The notes under the pieces are model-generated. The model worked only from the letters and a program-made list of their open reading frames with translations, did not search any database and had not been told where the DNA came from. Shown one piece after another: positions 28,447 to 37,842 of a stretch of 64,000 bases of DNA (position 1 is its first letter; the number at the start of each line of letters is the position of its first letter). The stretch comes from Candidatus Marinacidobacterium sp. (GTDB lineage: Bacteria > Acidobacteriota > Vicinamibacteria > Marinacidobacterales > Marinacidobacteraceae): assembly GCA_965220965.1 (NCBI GenBank), contig OZ244852.1, positions 416,001 to 480,000 on the forward strand, read 5' to 3'. The position numbers were made by a program, and so were the translations under genes.

Positions 28447-28770
28447 ATGACGAAACCCGCCACGAGGCCTGGCTGGCTTCGGGCGTGGTCCCCTGCTGGC
28501 GGGCCGTCGCCTCTTGCAGCGGCGCTGGCGGCTTGTGTTCTGCTCGCGACCGGATGCCTCGCCGTCTCTCACGGTCATGACGAAGAACCGGGCGGTGGGA
28601 GCAGTCAGGACTGCGTAACGTGCGCCCTCGGGCATCACACGCTCGCAGGTTCGACCGGCGCCGCGCTCCCCGGTCCGAACGCCACGGCCGTCGCGGTCTC
28701 CGAGGACGGCGGGCCGGCGCGCCCTGACGCCCGGCTGGCGGTCCATGCCGCCCGCGGCCCCCCCGCGTAA
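28447..28770 (+). CDS. DUF2946/CruR-like metal-responsive leader protein with RAPP-type arrest motif
   Basis: Hydrophobic segment, SHGHD, CVTC..HH, low-complexity spacer, terminal ARGPPA-stop; lies directly upstream of a TonB-dependent receptor. Confidence 0.8.
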   Translation: MTKPATRPGWLRAWSPAGGPSPLAAALAACVLLATGCLAVSHGHDEEPGGGSSQDCVTCALGHHTLAGSTGAALPGPNATAVAVSEDGGPARPDARLAVHAARGPPA

Positions 28771-28893
28771 CAACCCCCCAAACGCCATCGGCGCCACCGC
28801 TCCGTCAGCGGGGCGGACCGCGCGCCGTCCCGTCGCGTGCGTCGGGAGTTTTCCGGTCGCCGGAATTCGGCGGCCGTCGGGAGGTTTTGTTCC

Positions 28894-31338
28894 GTGTCTG
28901 TCTGTCGTTCCCTTCTACCTGCGGTCCTCGTTCTGAGCGCCGCCACAGCCCTGAGTCCGAGTCTCGCCCGCGGGACGCCACAGGAGGGCTCCATCCATGG
29001 AACTGTCGTGGCCGCCGAGAGCGGAGCGCCGGTTCCGTCCGCGCTCGTCTTTCTCGACGGTACGACCCTCTCGGCCATCACCGCCGCCGATGGATCGTTC
29101 GTCATCGACGCTGCGCCGTCCGGCGAACATCTGCTGATCGTCCGGGAAGCGGCGTTCCGGGAGCTGGCGTGGCCGGTCACCGTGGTCGCCGGCCAGCCAG
29201 TGAGACTCGACCTGAGTCTCAGCATCCTGCAGTTCGAAGAGAGCGTCGTGGTGACCGCGACGCAGACGGAACGGGCGGTGACCGAGGTGGCGGCCAGCGT
29301 CACGATTCTCGACGCGGACGCGATCGCCGCTTCGTCGGCGCGCAATCTCCAGGATCTGCTTCGGCAGACGCCGGCGCTCGATCTGGCGGAGACCTCGGGA
29401 ATGGCCGCCCGCGCCAACTCGTCGCTCATCATGCGCGGGGTCCCGGGCACGAAGCGGGCGCTGTTCCTGGTCGACGGGATGCCTGCCAACGATCTGGGCC
29501 ACGGAAGTCTCGCCGGGCTGAGCCTCGTTCCGGTCGAATCGGTCGAGCGCGCCGAGGTGGTCCGCGGCCCCTTTTCGAGTCTCTACGGGGCGAACGCCTT
29601 TTCCGGCGCCATCAACGTCATCACCCGACCTGGCGAAGGGCCTCCAGCCGCCGACTTCTTCGCCAGCGGCGGCTCGGCCGGCTACTACCAGTTCGGCGCT
29701 TCGGTGCGTGGCGCATCGGGACCTGTCGCCTACACCTTCACTGCGGATCGCCGCCAGATCGACAACGTCTACAACCGCGACACCCGCATGGTTCCGGTGA
29801 TCGGCGAGGACGGCGGCATTCTGCAGCGGGAGGTCCCGCTTACGAATGTCGGGTACGAGGACACCCGGCTCAACGGTCGGCTCGACATCGACATGTCGGA
29901 CGCGTGGCGGCTGACCCTGCTGCCGAGGATCACCCGCTACGAGACGGGGCTCGATCTGTCGTCACGACTGCCGGCGCCGGTCGAGGAATCCAAGCAGGAC
30001 ACCGCCTTCAACCTCGGCGGCGTCCTCAGCTATGGCGGGGAGGGGGCGCTTACGGCCCGGCTGCGGGCGAGCTACCGCTACTCGACGCAGAGCCTCTTCC
30101 AGGAGAACTTCACGCTTGCCCCGACGCGCCAGACGATCATCGTGGATCCACCGGGTCCCGCCATCAGTGAGTCGGTGACCCGAGGCGTGTTCCCCTTTGC
30201 GGCGCTCACCGGGCAGGAAACCGATTTCTTCACTCTCCTCCTCGAGCCGCAGTTCACGTGGACGCCGAACGCCGACCACACGGTCGTTTTCGGCGCCAGC
30301 TATACCCGCGACCATGGCGCTTTCGGCGAGAGCAGGATCGCGGACGCCTCGAATCTGGTCGGCTCGGACGCCACTCTCGCCGGGATCGCCCGGGGCATCC
30401 AGGCGGGCATGGCGGCGGGCGGAGCGCCCAACCCGAGCGTCACGTTTGTGCGCGACCCGGCCATTGGCGAGATCTTTCCCCTCTCGGACGGGCAGGAGGA
30501 GCAGTTCGACATCTTCTCGGCCTACGTTCAGGACGAGTGGGTCGTGGCCGACCGGCTGCGGTTCGTCCCGGGCCTTCGCTTCGACCACCACGCTTCCTTC
30601 GGGTCCGTCGCTTCTCCCAAGGTGGCGCTGCTGTACTCGCTGGCGCCGACCACGCGGGTGCGCAGCTCCGTCGGGCGCGCCTTTCGGGCTCCGAGTCTCT
30701 TCGAACTGTTCGGCAACGTGGTCTTCCACGGGCCCATTCCCGGCCTGCCGAACGCCGATCTGAAGCCCGAGTACATCAGTTCGTTCGACGCCGGGATCCA
30801 GCACGAGGTCAGCCGCGCCTTGCGGGCCGAAGTGAACGTCTTCTACAACGACATGACGGACCTCATCCAGCTCGTCATTTCGCCGGAGCGCGACCACTTC
30901 GACTGGGTCAACGTGGCCGAGGCGCGCTCCACCGGTCTCGAACTGGTGGCGAATGGTGACGCCGCGTCGTGGTTGGGCTACTACGCCAACTACGCGTACA
31001 CCGACAGCGAGGATCGGGCCACCGGCAACGCGCTGGCCCTCGTGCCGCGTCACAAGGCCAACGCCGGACTCCGGTTGCGGGGCGACGTCGGGTCATGGCG
31101 TTTCACCGGTTCCCTCGACCAGCGCTGGGTTGGCGCGCGAACGCAGAGCTCGCAGGGCGTTCCGGTGGGTCTTGACGCCTACGGACGCACTGATCTCGCC
31201 GTCTACCTGCACCCCACCAGTCGCCTCCGCCTCGGGCTGCAGGTGCTCAACCTCATGAACGCCGACTACCAGGAGACGGCCGCCAGTCCCACGCTCGGCC
31301 GGCTGATCTCGGTAGGCCTGACGGTCACTCCGTTCTAG
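28894..31338 (+). CDS. TonB-dependent receptor with N-terminal carboxypeptidase-regulatory-like domain
   Basis: Signal peptide, ESVVVTAT TonB box, plug (MRG, LVDG, ERAEVVRGPFSSLYG, GAINVIT), FRAP, PNADLKPE, NLMN, terminal F. GTG 28894 follows GGGAGG. Confidence 0.93.
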   Translation: MSVCRSLLPAVLVLSAATALSPSLARGTPQEGSIHGTVVAAESGAPVPSALVFLDGTTLSAITAADGSFVIDAAPSGEHLLIVREAAFRELAWPVTVVAGQPVRLDLSLSILQFEESVVVTATQTERAVTEVAASVTILDADAIAASSARNLQDLLRQTPALDLAETSGMAARANSSLIMRGVPGTKRALFLVDGMPANDLGHGSLAGLSLVPVESVERAEVVRGPFSSLYGANAFSGAINVITRPGEGPPAADFFASGGSAGYYQFGASVRGASGPVAYTFTADRRQIDNVYNRDTRMVPVIGEDGGILQREVPLTNVGYEDTRLNGRLDIDMSDAWRLTLLPRITRYETGLDLSSRLPAPVEESKQDTAFNLGGVLSYGGEGALTARLRASYRYSTQSLFQENFTLAPTRQTIIVDPPGPAISESVTRGVFPFAALTGQETDFFTLLLEPQFTWTPNADHTVVFGASYTRDHGAFGESRIADASNLVGSDATLAGIARGIQAGMAAGGAPNPSVTFVRDPAIGEIFPLSDGQEEQFDIFSAYVQDEWVVADRLRFVPGLRFDHHASFGSVASPKVALLYSLAPTTRVRSSVGRAFRAPSLFELFGNVVFHGPIPGLPNADLKPEYISSFDAGIQHEVSRALRAEVNVFYNDMTDLIQLVISPERDHFDWVNVAEARSTGLELVANGDAASWLGYYANYAYTDSEDRATGNALALVPRHKANAGLRLRGDVGSWRFTGSLDQRWVGARTQSSQGVPVGLDAYGRTDLAVYLHPTSRLRLGLQVLNLMNADYQETAASPTLGRLISVGLTVTPF

Positions 31339-31351
31339 AGGAGGGTCCCCC

Positions 31352-34300
31352 ATGAAGAACAGCAGCAAACCGGCCCCACGCGGGCCGGTCCGGGCGTTCG
31401 TCGCCGGGCTCTGGTCCCGGCGGCGACGGATTGCGGCCGCCACGCTCGCGGTGGCCACGCTCTGGATCGGGTTCTCGCAGTATGAGCGTCACCTTGCGGT
31501 GACGCGGGTGGCGTTCGTGAATTTTCCGGGCTTCCAGCTTGCCCGCATCGAGCGCGCGCGCCAGAGCGACGCGGTCCGGATCGAGTCGCTGGACCTCGCG
31601 GCGCTCGACCGGGCGGCCGACTACCCGGTCGTCTTTGTGTTCGGGCGCGGCCTGCAGCTCGACGAGACGCAGCTCGGCCACCTCCGCGAAGCGGGCCGCC
31701 GCGGGGCGCGGCTCTTCGTGCAGGGCGCCACGAACCCTGCGCTCGATGTCACGAACCTGCGCGGTCCGCAGCTCGACGCCACCAACGCATACCTCGAGTT
31801 CGGAGGGGCGGAGAACTACGCCCGGCTCCTCAACTTCTCGCGAGTCGAACTCGACGGCAAGACGCTTCGGTCGGATCCGGTGCAGCCTCCCGTCGAACTC
31901 TCGATGGATGTGCTGTTTCATCTGGATGATGACCTGACGTTCGAGACCGTCGATGCGTTCGACGCCTGGTACGCGGGCGAGGGCCTCGTGAAGAGCGCAA
32001 GGCCGACGATCGCGCTGCTCACGAGCGTCCCCGGTCCGTTCAACGCAAACCGGGATCACGTCGATGCGTTCATCCGGTCGCTCGAAGGCCGGGACTGGAA
32101 TGTCTATCCGATCGCGAGCACCGAGAAGCGGCTCGATTTCCTGCGGGAGATCGATCCCGACCTCGTGGTGCTCATGCCGCACGGGCGGCTGACGCTCGGT
32201 CGCGCCGACGAGGCGATCGCGTGGCTCCAGGAGCGGAATATCCCGATGCTCACGCCCCTGTCCGTGTTCGAGAACCACGAGGAGTGGGTGAGCGACCAGC
32301 AGGGCATGGCTGGCTCGATGCTCACGATGAGCGTTGTCCTGCCGGAACTCGACGGCGGGATCGCGCCCTACGCGGTTGCGGCGCAGTTCACCGATGCGGA
32401 TGGCTATGAGATTTTCGACGCGCTGCCGACCCGGCTGGAAACGTTCACCGATCTGGTCGAGCGGTGGCTCGCTCTCAAGGAGAAGCCCAACCGCGAAAAG
32501 CGTGTCGCCATCTACTACTACAAGGGACCCGGAAAGAACGCCATGACCGCCGGCGGCATGGAGGTGGCGCCCAGCCTGCTGAACCTGCTGCGCTCGCTTC
32601 GGGATGCCGGCTACGCCGTCGAGGGGCTTCCCGAGACCGATGACGAGTTCCAGGATCTCATCCAGAGGAAGGGACCGGTCCTCGGACCGTATGCCCGCGG
32701 CCTGTTCGAGGAGTATGTGGCCAACGGCGATCCGGCGCTCGTATCCGCCGGCGACTACGCGGAGTGGATGGCCGAGGATCTCGAGCCCGCCATGCGGGAA
32801 GCGGTCGTACAACAGTACGGCCCGGCGCCGGGCGAGTACATGACGGTCGGCGAAGGTGACGCGACCGCGCTCGCGGTTGCGCGCGTGCGGTTCGGCAACG
32901 TCGTCATCCTGCCGCAGCCGCTGCCGGGGGTCGGCCAGGACACCTTCCGTCTGGTGCACGGCGCGCAAAAGGCGCCGCCGCACCCCTATGTCGCCTCCTA
33001 TCTGTGGACCCGCAACGCGTTCGAGGCGGACGCGGTCATGCACTTCGGCACCCACGGCAGCCTCGAGTTCACTCCCTGGAAGCAGATCGCGCTCTCGGCC
33101 TTCGACTGGGCGGACGCGCTCGTTGGCGGCCTCCCCCACGTCTATGTCTACGTGATGAGCAACGTCGGCGAGGGGATCATCGCCAAGCGGCGGTCCTACG
33201 CGGCCACGGTGACGCACCTGACGCCCCCGTTCATGGAAGGCGGGCTCCACGAAGGTCTGCGGCCGCTGCAGGACGCGCTGGACCGGTATCGCAACGCCGC
33301 CGACGGCCCGGTCCGGATGGAGCACAGAAAGACTATCCAGCGCCTGGCCACCGGGGCGAACCTCCACGTGGATCTCGGTCTGGATGCGGGCGCGGAGTGG
33401 TCGGCGGACGAGATGTTCCGCCTGAGCAACCACATCGAGACCATCGAGGGAGAAAAGGTCACGCAGGGTCTCTACACCCTCGGCGGCCCCTTCAGCGTGG
33501 ACGAAGTCAACTCCACCGCGGAGCTCATGGCCCTCGACCCGATCGCCTACGCGATGGCGCGCATCGACACCGTGCGGGGGGACGTCAAGGCCTCCGATCT
33601 CGATGATGAGGTCTTCTTCGAGCGTCGCTACCGGCGGCGGGCGCGCAGCGCCTATGCGCAACGGGTCGCCGGCGAGGACGCCGGGCTCGTGCTCGCCGGG
33701 CTGGTCTCGGACTCCGACCTCGGTCGGGCGCACGCCTGGCGCGAGGCGACGCGGCGGCCCTCGGACGACGACATCATCCGTGGGTTTATTTCCATGGGCG
33801 CAGGCTCGCGCGGGCGACCGGAGACATCCGCGTCCCGGGCTCTGGCTGGTGAACTCGAGGACCTCGTGGCGCGCATCATGCCTCACCCGCGCCGCGTGGA
33901 GTTTGTCGAGCGGCTGCGTTCCGAGCAGGAGTTCGCCCGGACATCGCAGATTCTGGATCCTGCGCAACTCGAGCGGGCGAAGACGATTGCGCTCGTCGTT
34001 CCGCCCATGGCGGAGGCGCTCGAGATCGCCCAGATTCCGGATGTCTACGCCCTTCTGGAGGCGATGCAGGATGCGGAGACCCGCGAGCGGGTGTTCACCC
34101 TGCTGGAGGATCCCGGGCTCGTGGACCGGGTGGAGGCCGAGAAGCGGCGGTTGGCCGCGGAACATCGGGCCCGCGCCCTCGACCCGGCGCATCTGGATGC
34201 GCTCGAGCAGACCTGGCGCGACGACTGGGCCGGCGGACTCGCAAAGGTTTCCAGCGACGGGATCGAGCGCGCGATGACGGCGGTGGCCTTCTACCGGGAG

Positions 34301-36145
34301 CAGCGCGCCACGCTGCGCGAGGAGCTCGACGGCATCGGGACCCCCGCGGCGGAAGGAGTGCTCAGGATCCTCGCGGATGCGGCGTTCGACACCCGTCTTG
34401 ACGCTGCGGTCGCCGCCGCCGAGGCCGAACTCGACGCCCGCGCCGAACGGGACGCCGAGTTCGCCCGCGCGGTGCTGACGCTGGAAGCCAGCGTCACCTC
34501 CATTGATCTGCATCGGGAGGGCCTTCGCGACAGCTCGGGCCTCGAGCTCGAGGGTGTGACGCGAGCCCTCGCCGGCGGCTATGTCGAGCCGTCTTCCGGG
34601 GGTGATCCCATCGGCAACCCGGACGCCATCCCGACCGGACGCAACCTCTTCTCGATCGACGCGGAGAAGACCCCCTCCCCCGAGGCGTGGAAGGTCGGAC
34701 GACAGCTCGCGGAGACGCTCCTCGAAGAGCACCGGGGCAGGCGTGACGCGTATCCCAGGAAGGTCGCGTTCACGCTCTGGCCGAGTGACTTCATCAGCAC
34801 CGAGGGGGCCACGATTGGCCAGATCTTCTACCTGCTCGGCGTGGAGCCGGTGTGGGACGCGTTCGGCCGCGTCGCCGACCTTCGCCTCATGTCCGCGAAC
34901 GACCTCGGGCGGCCTCGTATCGACGTGGTCGTCCAGACCGCCGGGCAGCTTCGCGACCTCGCCGCGTCGCGCCTCGCGCTCATCAACCGCGCCGTCGCCA
35001 TGGCCGCCGAGGCGCGCGACGTGGAGGCGCACGCCAACTTCGTCCAGGAAGGACGCCTCCGCGCCGAGGAAGTGATGAAGGAGAAGGGGCTCTCGCCCGC
35101 TGACGCGCGACGCTATTCGACGTTGCGAGTGTTCGGCGGCGTCAATGGCAACTACGGGACCGCGATCATGGGAATGGTGGAGCGGGGAGACCGCTGGGAG
35201 GAGGAAACCGAGGTTGCGAGCCAGTATCTGCGGAACATGGGCGCGGTCTACGACGAAGGAGAGCTCTGGAGCTTCTATGCCGACGGCGTGTTCGAAGCGG
35301 CGCTCGCGGATACCGAGGTTGTCGTGCAGCCGCGCGAGAGCCACACCTGGGGGGCGCTGAGCCTCGACCACGTCTACGAGTTCATGGGCGGGTTGAGCAT
35401 GGCCGTCCGCCACGTGACGGGTCGGGACGCTGATGCTTACTTCAACGATTTCCGCAATGCGCAGCGGCCGCGCGTAACCGATCTGAACGAGACCGTCTGG
35501 ACCGAAGCGCGATCCACGCTCCTGAACCCCGCCTACATCGGAGCGATGCAGGAGGGCGGCGCGTCATCGGCCGAGACGTTTGCCGAAACGTTCCGCAACA
35601 CGTACGGCTGGAACGTGATGAAGCCGGCCGCGATCGACGACGCGCTCTGGGACGAGCTTCACGAGGTCTATGTCGACGACCGCTACGACCTCGGCGTCGA
35701 GGACTTCTTCCGTCGCGAGAACCCCTACGCCCTTCAGGAAATGACGGCCGTGATGCTCGAAACCGTCCGAAAGGGACTCTGGGAGGCTTCTCCCCGACAG
35801 GTCGCCACCCTGGCGGAGCTCCATGTCCGCCTGGTCAACGAGTTCGAGGCGGGCTGCAGCGGGTTTGTCTGTGACAACGCCGCCCTCACGACGTTCATCG
35901 CCGACCAGGCTCCCGCCGAACTCGCCAGCGCCTATCGCGGCGAGCTTCAGCGGGCGCTGACGTCGAGCGTCGAGCTGACGGACGCCAGCGTGGTTCTGGC
36001 GGAGCGGGAAGCCGAGTCGCGGCCAGCCAGCGCCAATACGGATCCGATCGGTCCGTCGCGGGCGGCCTGGCTGGGCCTGGCCGCTGTTGCGGCCCTGTTC
36101 GGCCTCGCGCTCCTTGCGCTCCGGAGGCGGCGGCGCGCGCCGTGA
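31352..36145 (+). CDS. CobN/magnesium-chelatase H family protein, HmuS-like, membrane anchored at both ends
   Basis: PELDG, PPHPYVASYLW, HFGTHGSLEFTP, GEGIIAKRR, GGDP..NPDAIPTGRN, RPRIDV, DHVYEFMGG, LLNP, NPYALQ; N-terminal TM and C-terminal TM followed by RRRRR. Confidence 0.92.
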   Translation: MKNSSKPAPRGPVRAFVAGLWSRRRRIAAATLAVATLWIGFSQYERHLAVTRVAFVNFPGFQLARIERARQSDAVRIESLDLAALDRAADYPVVFVFGRGLQLDETQLGHLREAGRRGARLFVQGATNPALDVTNLRGPQLDATNAYLEFGGAENYARLLNFSRVELDGKTLRSDPVQPPVELSMDVLFHLDDDLTFETVDAFDAWYAGEGLVKSARPTIALLTSVPGPFNANRDHVDAFIRSLEGRDWNVYPIASTEKRLDFLREIDPDLVVLMPHGRLTLGRADEAIAWLQERNIPMLTPLSVFENHEEWVSDQQGMAGSMLTMSVVLPELDGGIAPYAVAAQFTDADGYEIFDALPTRLETFTDLVERWLALKEKPNREKRVAIYYYKGPGKNAMTAGGMEVAPSLLNLLRSLRDAGYAVEGLPETDDEFQDLIQRKGPVLGPYARGLFEEYVANGDPALVSAGDYAEWMAEDLEPAMREAVVQQYGPAPGEYMTVGEGDATALAVARVRFGNVVILPQPLPGVGQDTFRLVHGAQKAPPHPYVASYLWTRNAFEADAVMHFGTHGSLEFTPWKQIALSAFDWADALVGGLPHVYVYVMSNVGEGIIAKRRSYAATVTHLTPPFMEGGLHEGLRPLQDALDRYRNAADGPVRMEHRKTIQRLATGANLHVDLGLDAGAEWSADEMFRLSNHIETIEGEKVTQGLYTLGGPFSVDEVNSTAELMALDPIAYAMARIDTVRGDVKASDLDDEVFFERRYRRRARSAYAQRVAGEDAGLVLAGLVSDSDLGRAHAWREATRRPSDDDIIRGFISMGAGSRGRPETSASRALAGELEDLVARIMPHPRRVEFVERLRSEQEFARTSQILDPAQLERAKTIALVVPPMAEALEIAQIPDVYALLEAMQDAETRERVFTLLEDPGLVDRVEAEKRRLAAEHRARALDPAHLDALEQTWRDDWAGGLAKVSSDGIERAMTAVAFYREQRATLREELDGIGTPAAEGVLRILADAAFDTRLDAAVAAAEAELDARAERDAEFARAVLTLEASVTSIDLHREGLRDSSGLELEGVTRALAGGYVEPSSGGDPIGNPDAIPTGRNLFSIDAEKTPSPEAWKVGRQLAETLLEEHRGRRDAYPRKVAFTLWPSDFISTEGATIGQIFYLLGVEPVWDAFGRVADLRLMSANDLGRPRIDVVVQTAGQLRDLAASRLALINRAVAMAAEARDVEAHANFVQEGRLRAEEVMKEKGLSPADARRYSTLRVFGGVNGNYGTAIMGMVERGDRWEEETEVASQYLRNMGAVYDEGELWSFYADGVFEAALADTEVVVQPRESHTWGALSLDHVYEFMGGLSMAVRHVTGRDADAYFNDFRNAQRPRVTDLNETVWTEARSTLLNPAYIGAMQEGGASSAETFAETFRNTYGWNVMKPAAIDDALWDELHEVYVDDRYDLGVEDFFRRENPYALQEMTAVMLETVRKGLWEASPRQVATLAELHVRLVNEFEAGCSGFVCDNAALTTFIADQAPAELASAYRGELQRALTSSVELTDASVVLAEREAESRPASANTDPIGPSRAAWLGLAAVAALFGLALLALRRRRRAP

Positions 36146-36157
36146 AGCAGGGGCGCC

Positions 36158-36838
36158 ATGGAGGCAGTACTCGACATCGTCGCGGGGACCGGTGTCGTCC
36201 TCTTCCTCCTCGCGACGGCGTTCATCGGGTCGTTCCGGGGTCGGTTGCTGGCCTTCACGCTCGTCGCCGCGGGCGCCTGGTTTCTCCATCCGTTCGCGGT
36301 CCGGCAGAGTCTCTCCTCCCTGATCGGCGGACTGGACGCCGGCGGGCTGCAGGCGCTCGCCGCCGTCCTGACGCTCGACGGCGTGCTTGGCTCGTTCGGG
36401 GCCGCCCGCCTTCTGCGGGTCCGGGATGGCGCGCCCATCCCCCGTCTTCGCGGACTGGCGGCCCACTACATTGGCCTGTCGCCAGTCCCGGCGCTCCTCT
36501 ACCTCGAGATGAAGGCCTTCGACGCATCGTCGTGGTCCTTTGGAACGACCGCTCTGGCGCTCTGCCTGACCATCGTCGCCGCGGGCCTGGCCGGGAGCGA
36601 GTTGCTTCGAAGGGTTCTGCCGGACCGGGATGTGCGGATCGAGCTGCGACTGCTGGTGCACGTCGGTCAGGTTGCGCTGGCCGCCGCGCTCACGGCGTTC
36701 GCCCTCGGGGGCGCCGCGAGGAGCAACTCGATGGCGCCGGAAGCGGGCCCTCACGCCGTTGTCGCCGGAGCGGTCGTGGGCGGGATCCTGATCGGCGCCT
36801 GGATCCATCGGCGGCGCCAGCGCCGCATGGCGGGCTGA
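36158..36838 (+). CDS. Polytopic membrane protein (HmuT-like by position)
   Basis: About 7 hydrophobic segments; lies between the CobN-like and ExbB-like genes. Confidence 0.7.
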   Translation: MEAVLDIVAGTGVVLFLLATAFIGSFRGRLLAFTLVAAGAWFLHPFAVRQSLSSLIGGLDAGGLQALAAVLTLDGVLGSFGAARLLRVRDGAPIPRLRGLAAHYIGLSPVPALLYLEMKAFDASSWSFGTTALALCLTIVAAGLAGSELLRRVLPDRDVRIELRLLVHVGQVALAAALTAFALGGAARSNSMAPEAGPHAVVAGAVVGGILIGAWIHRRRQRRMAG

Positions 36839-36842
36839 GCTC

Positions 36843-37460
36843 ATGGAACTTCTGACCCGCGCGCTCTACGTGCTCTCGACGGGCCTGCTGGTCCCGGTCA
36901 TTGTCATTCTGCTCGTCCTCTTCGTCCGGGCGCTGCTCGTCGCCGGACAGACCTATGGCGCCTGGCTTTCGCGGTTCCGGTTCCGGTCCGCGCTGCAGCC
37001 ACTCCTCGCCCGACTCGACAGCGACAATGTGGGGACGCTTCTGCAGGAGGCCGAACTGCCGCCGGAACCACGGTGGAAGCCGGCGCTCGGGCGACTCATC
37101 GAACACGGAGCGTCGGCGGCTCAACGCGAGAAAGCGCTCGCCGACTTCGAGTCGGGTTGCGAGACCGACCTGGCGCCGGCGAAGTCCATGGCCCGGCTCG
37201 GCCCGATGCTCGGCCTCATGGGAACGCTCATACCGATGGGACCGGCGCTCGTGGGTCTGGCCGCCGGCGACATCGCGGCGATGGCCGAGAACCTGCAGGT
37301 GGCGTTCTCGACGACGGTCGTGGGACTGTTCGTGGGCGCCGTCGGTTACGCCGTTCAGCAGGCCAGGCAACGCTGGCAGGCCGAGGCGCTCAGCAATCTC
37401 GAGTTCGTGAGCGAGCTCCTCGGCGAAAGCGCATCCCGACCGAAGGGAGGACACGAATGA
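36843..37460 (+). CDS. MotA/TolQ/ExbB proton channel family protein (HmuU-like)
   Basis: LGPMLGLMGTLIPMGPALVGL, AENLQVAFSTTVVGL. Confidence 0.9.
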   Translation: MELLTRALYVLSTGLLVPVIVILLVLFVRALLVAGQTYGAWLSRFRFRSALQPLLARLDSDNVGTLLQEAELPPEPRWKPALGRLIEHGASAAQREKALADFESGCETDLAPAKSMARLGPMLGLMGTLIPMGPALVGLAAGDIAAMAENLQVAFSTTVVGLFVGAVGYAVQQARQRWQAEALSNLEFVSELLGESASRPKGGHE

Positions 37461-37813
37461 CATCCAGACGACGGCGGCGCAGAATGGGCGGCGGGCTTCA
37501 CGACGACAGTGATCCCCTCGCCGCCATCGCCAATCTGTTCGATGTGGCCATGGTCTTCGCCGTGGCGCTCATGGTCGCGATGGTCAGTCGCTGGCAGTTG
37601 ACCGAGTTCCTCACCCGTGAGGACTTCACGATGGTCAAGAATCCGGGGACAGCGGAGATGGAGATCATCACGCAGGAGGACGGTGAGATCACCCGTTACC
37701 GCGCTGAGGACGCGGCGGACGCTGCGGGTCGGCGCGGCCGCCGGGTCGGCGTCGCCTACCAGCTCGAGAGCGGCGAGATCATTTACGTGCCGGAAGCTCC
37801 TGGCGCCGAGTAG
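37457..37813 (+). CDS. DUF2149 protein (HmuV-like)
   Basis: DPLAAIANLFDVAMVFAVALM, VKNPG, G.AYQLESGEIIYVPE; ATGA overlap with upstream gene, GGGAGG RBS. Confidence 0.9.
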   Translation: MTSRRRRRRMGGGLHDDSDPLAAIANLFDVAMVFAVALMVAMVSRWQLTEFLTREDFTMVKNPGTAEMEIITQEDGEITRYRAEDAADAAGRRGRRVGVAYQLESGEIIYVPEAPGAE

Positions 37814-37842
37814 ACGCTTCCTCGGGCGCTGAGGACTTCCCG

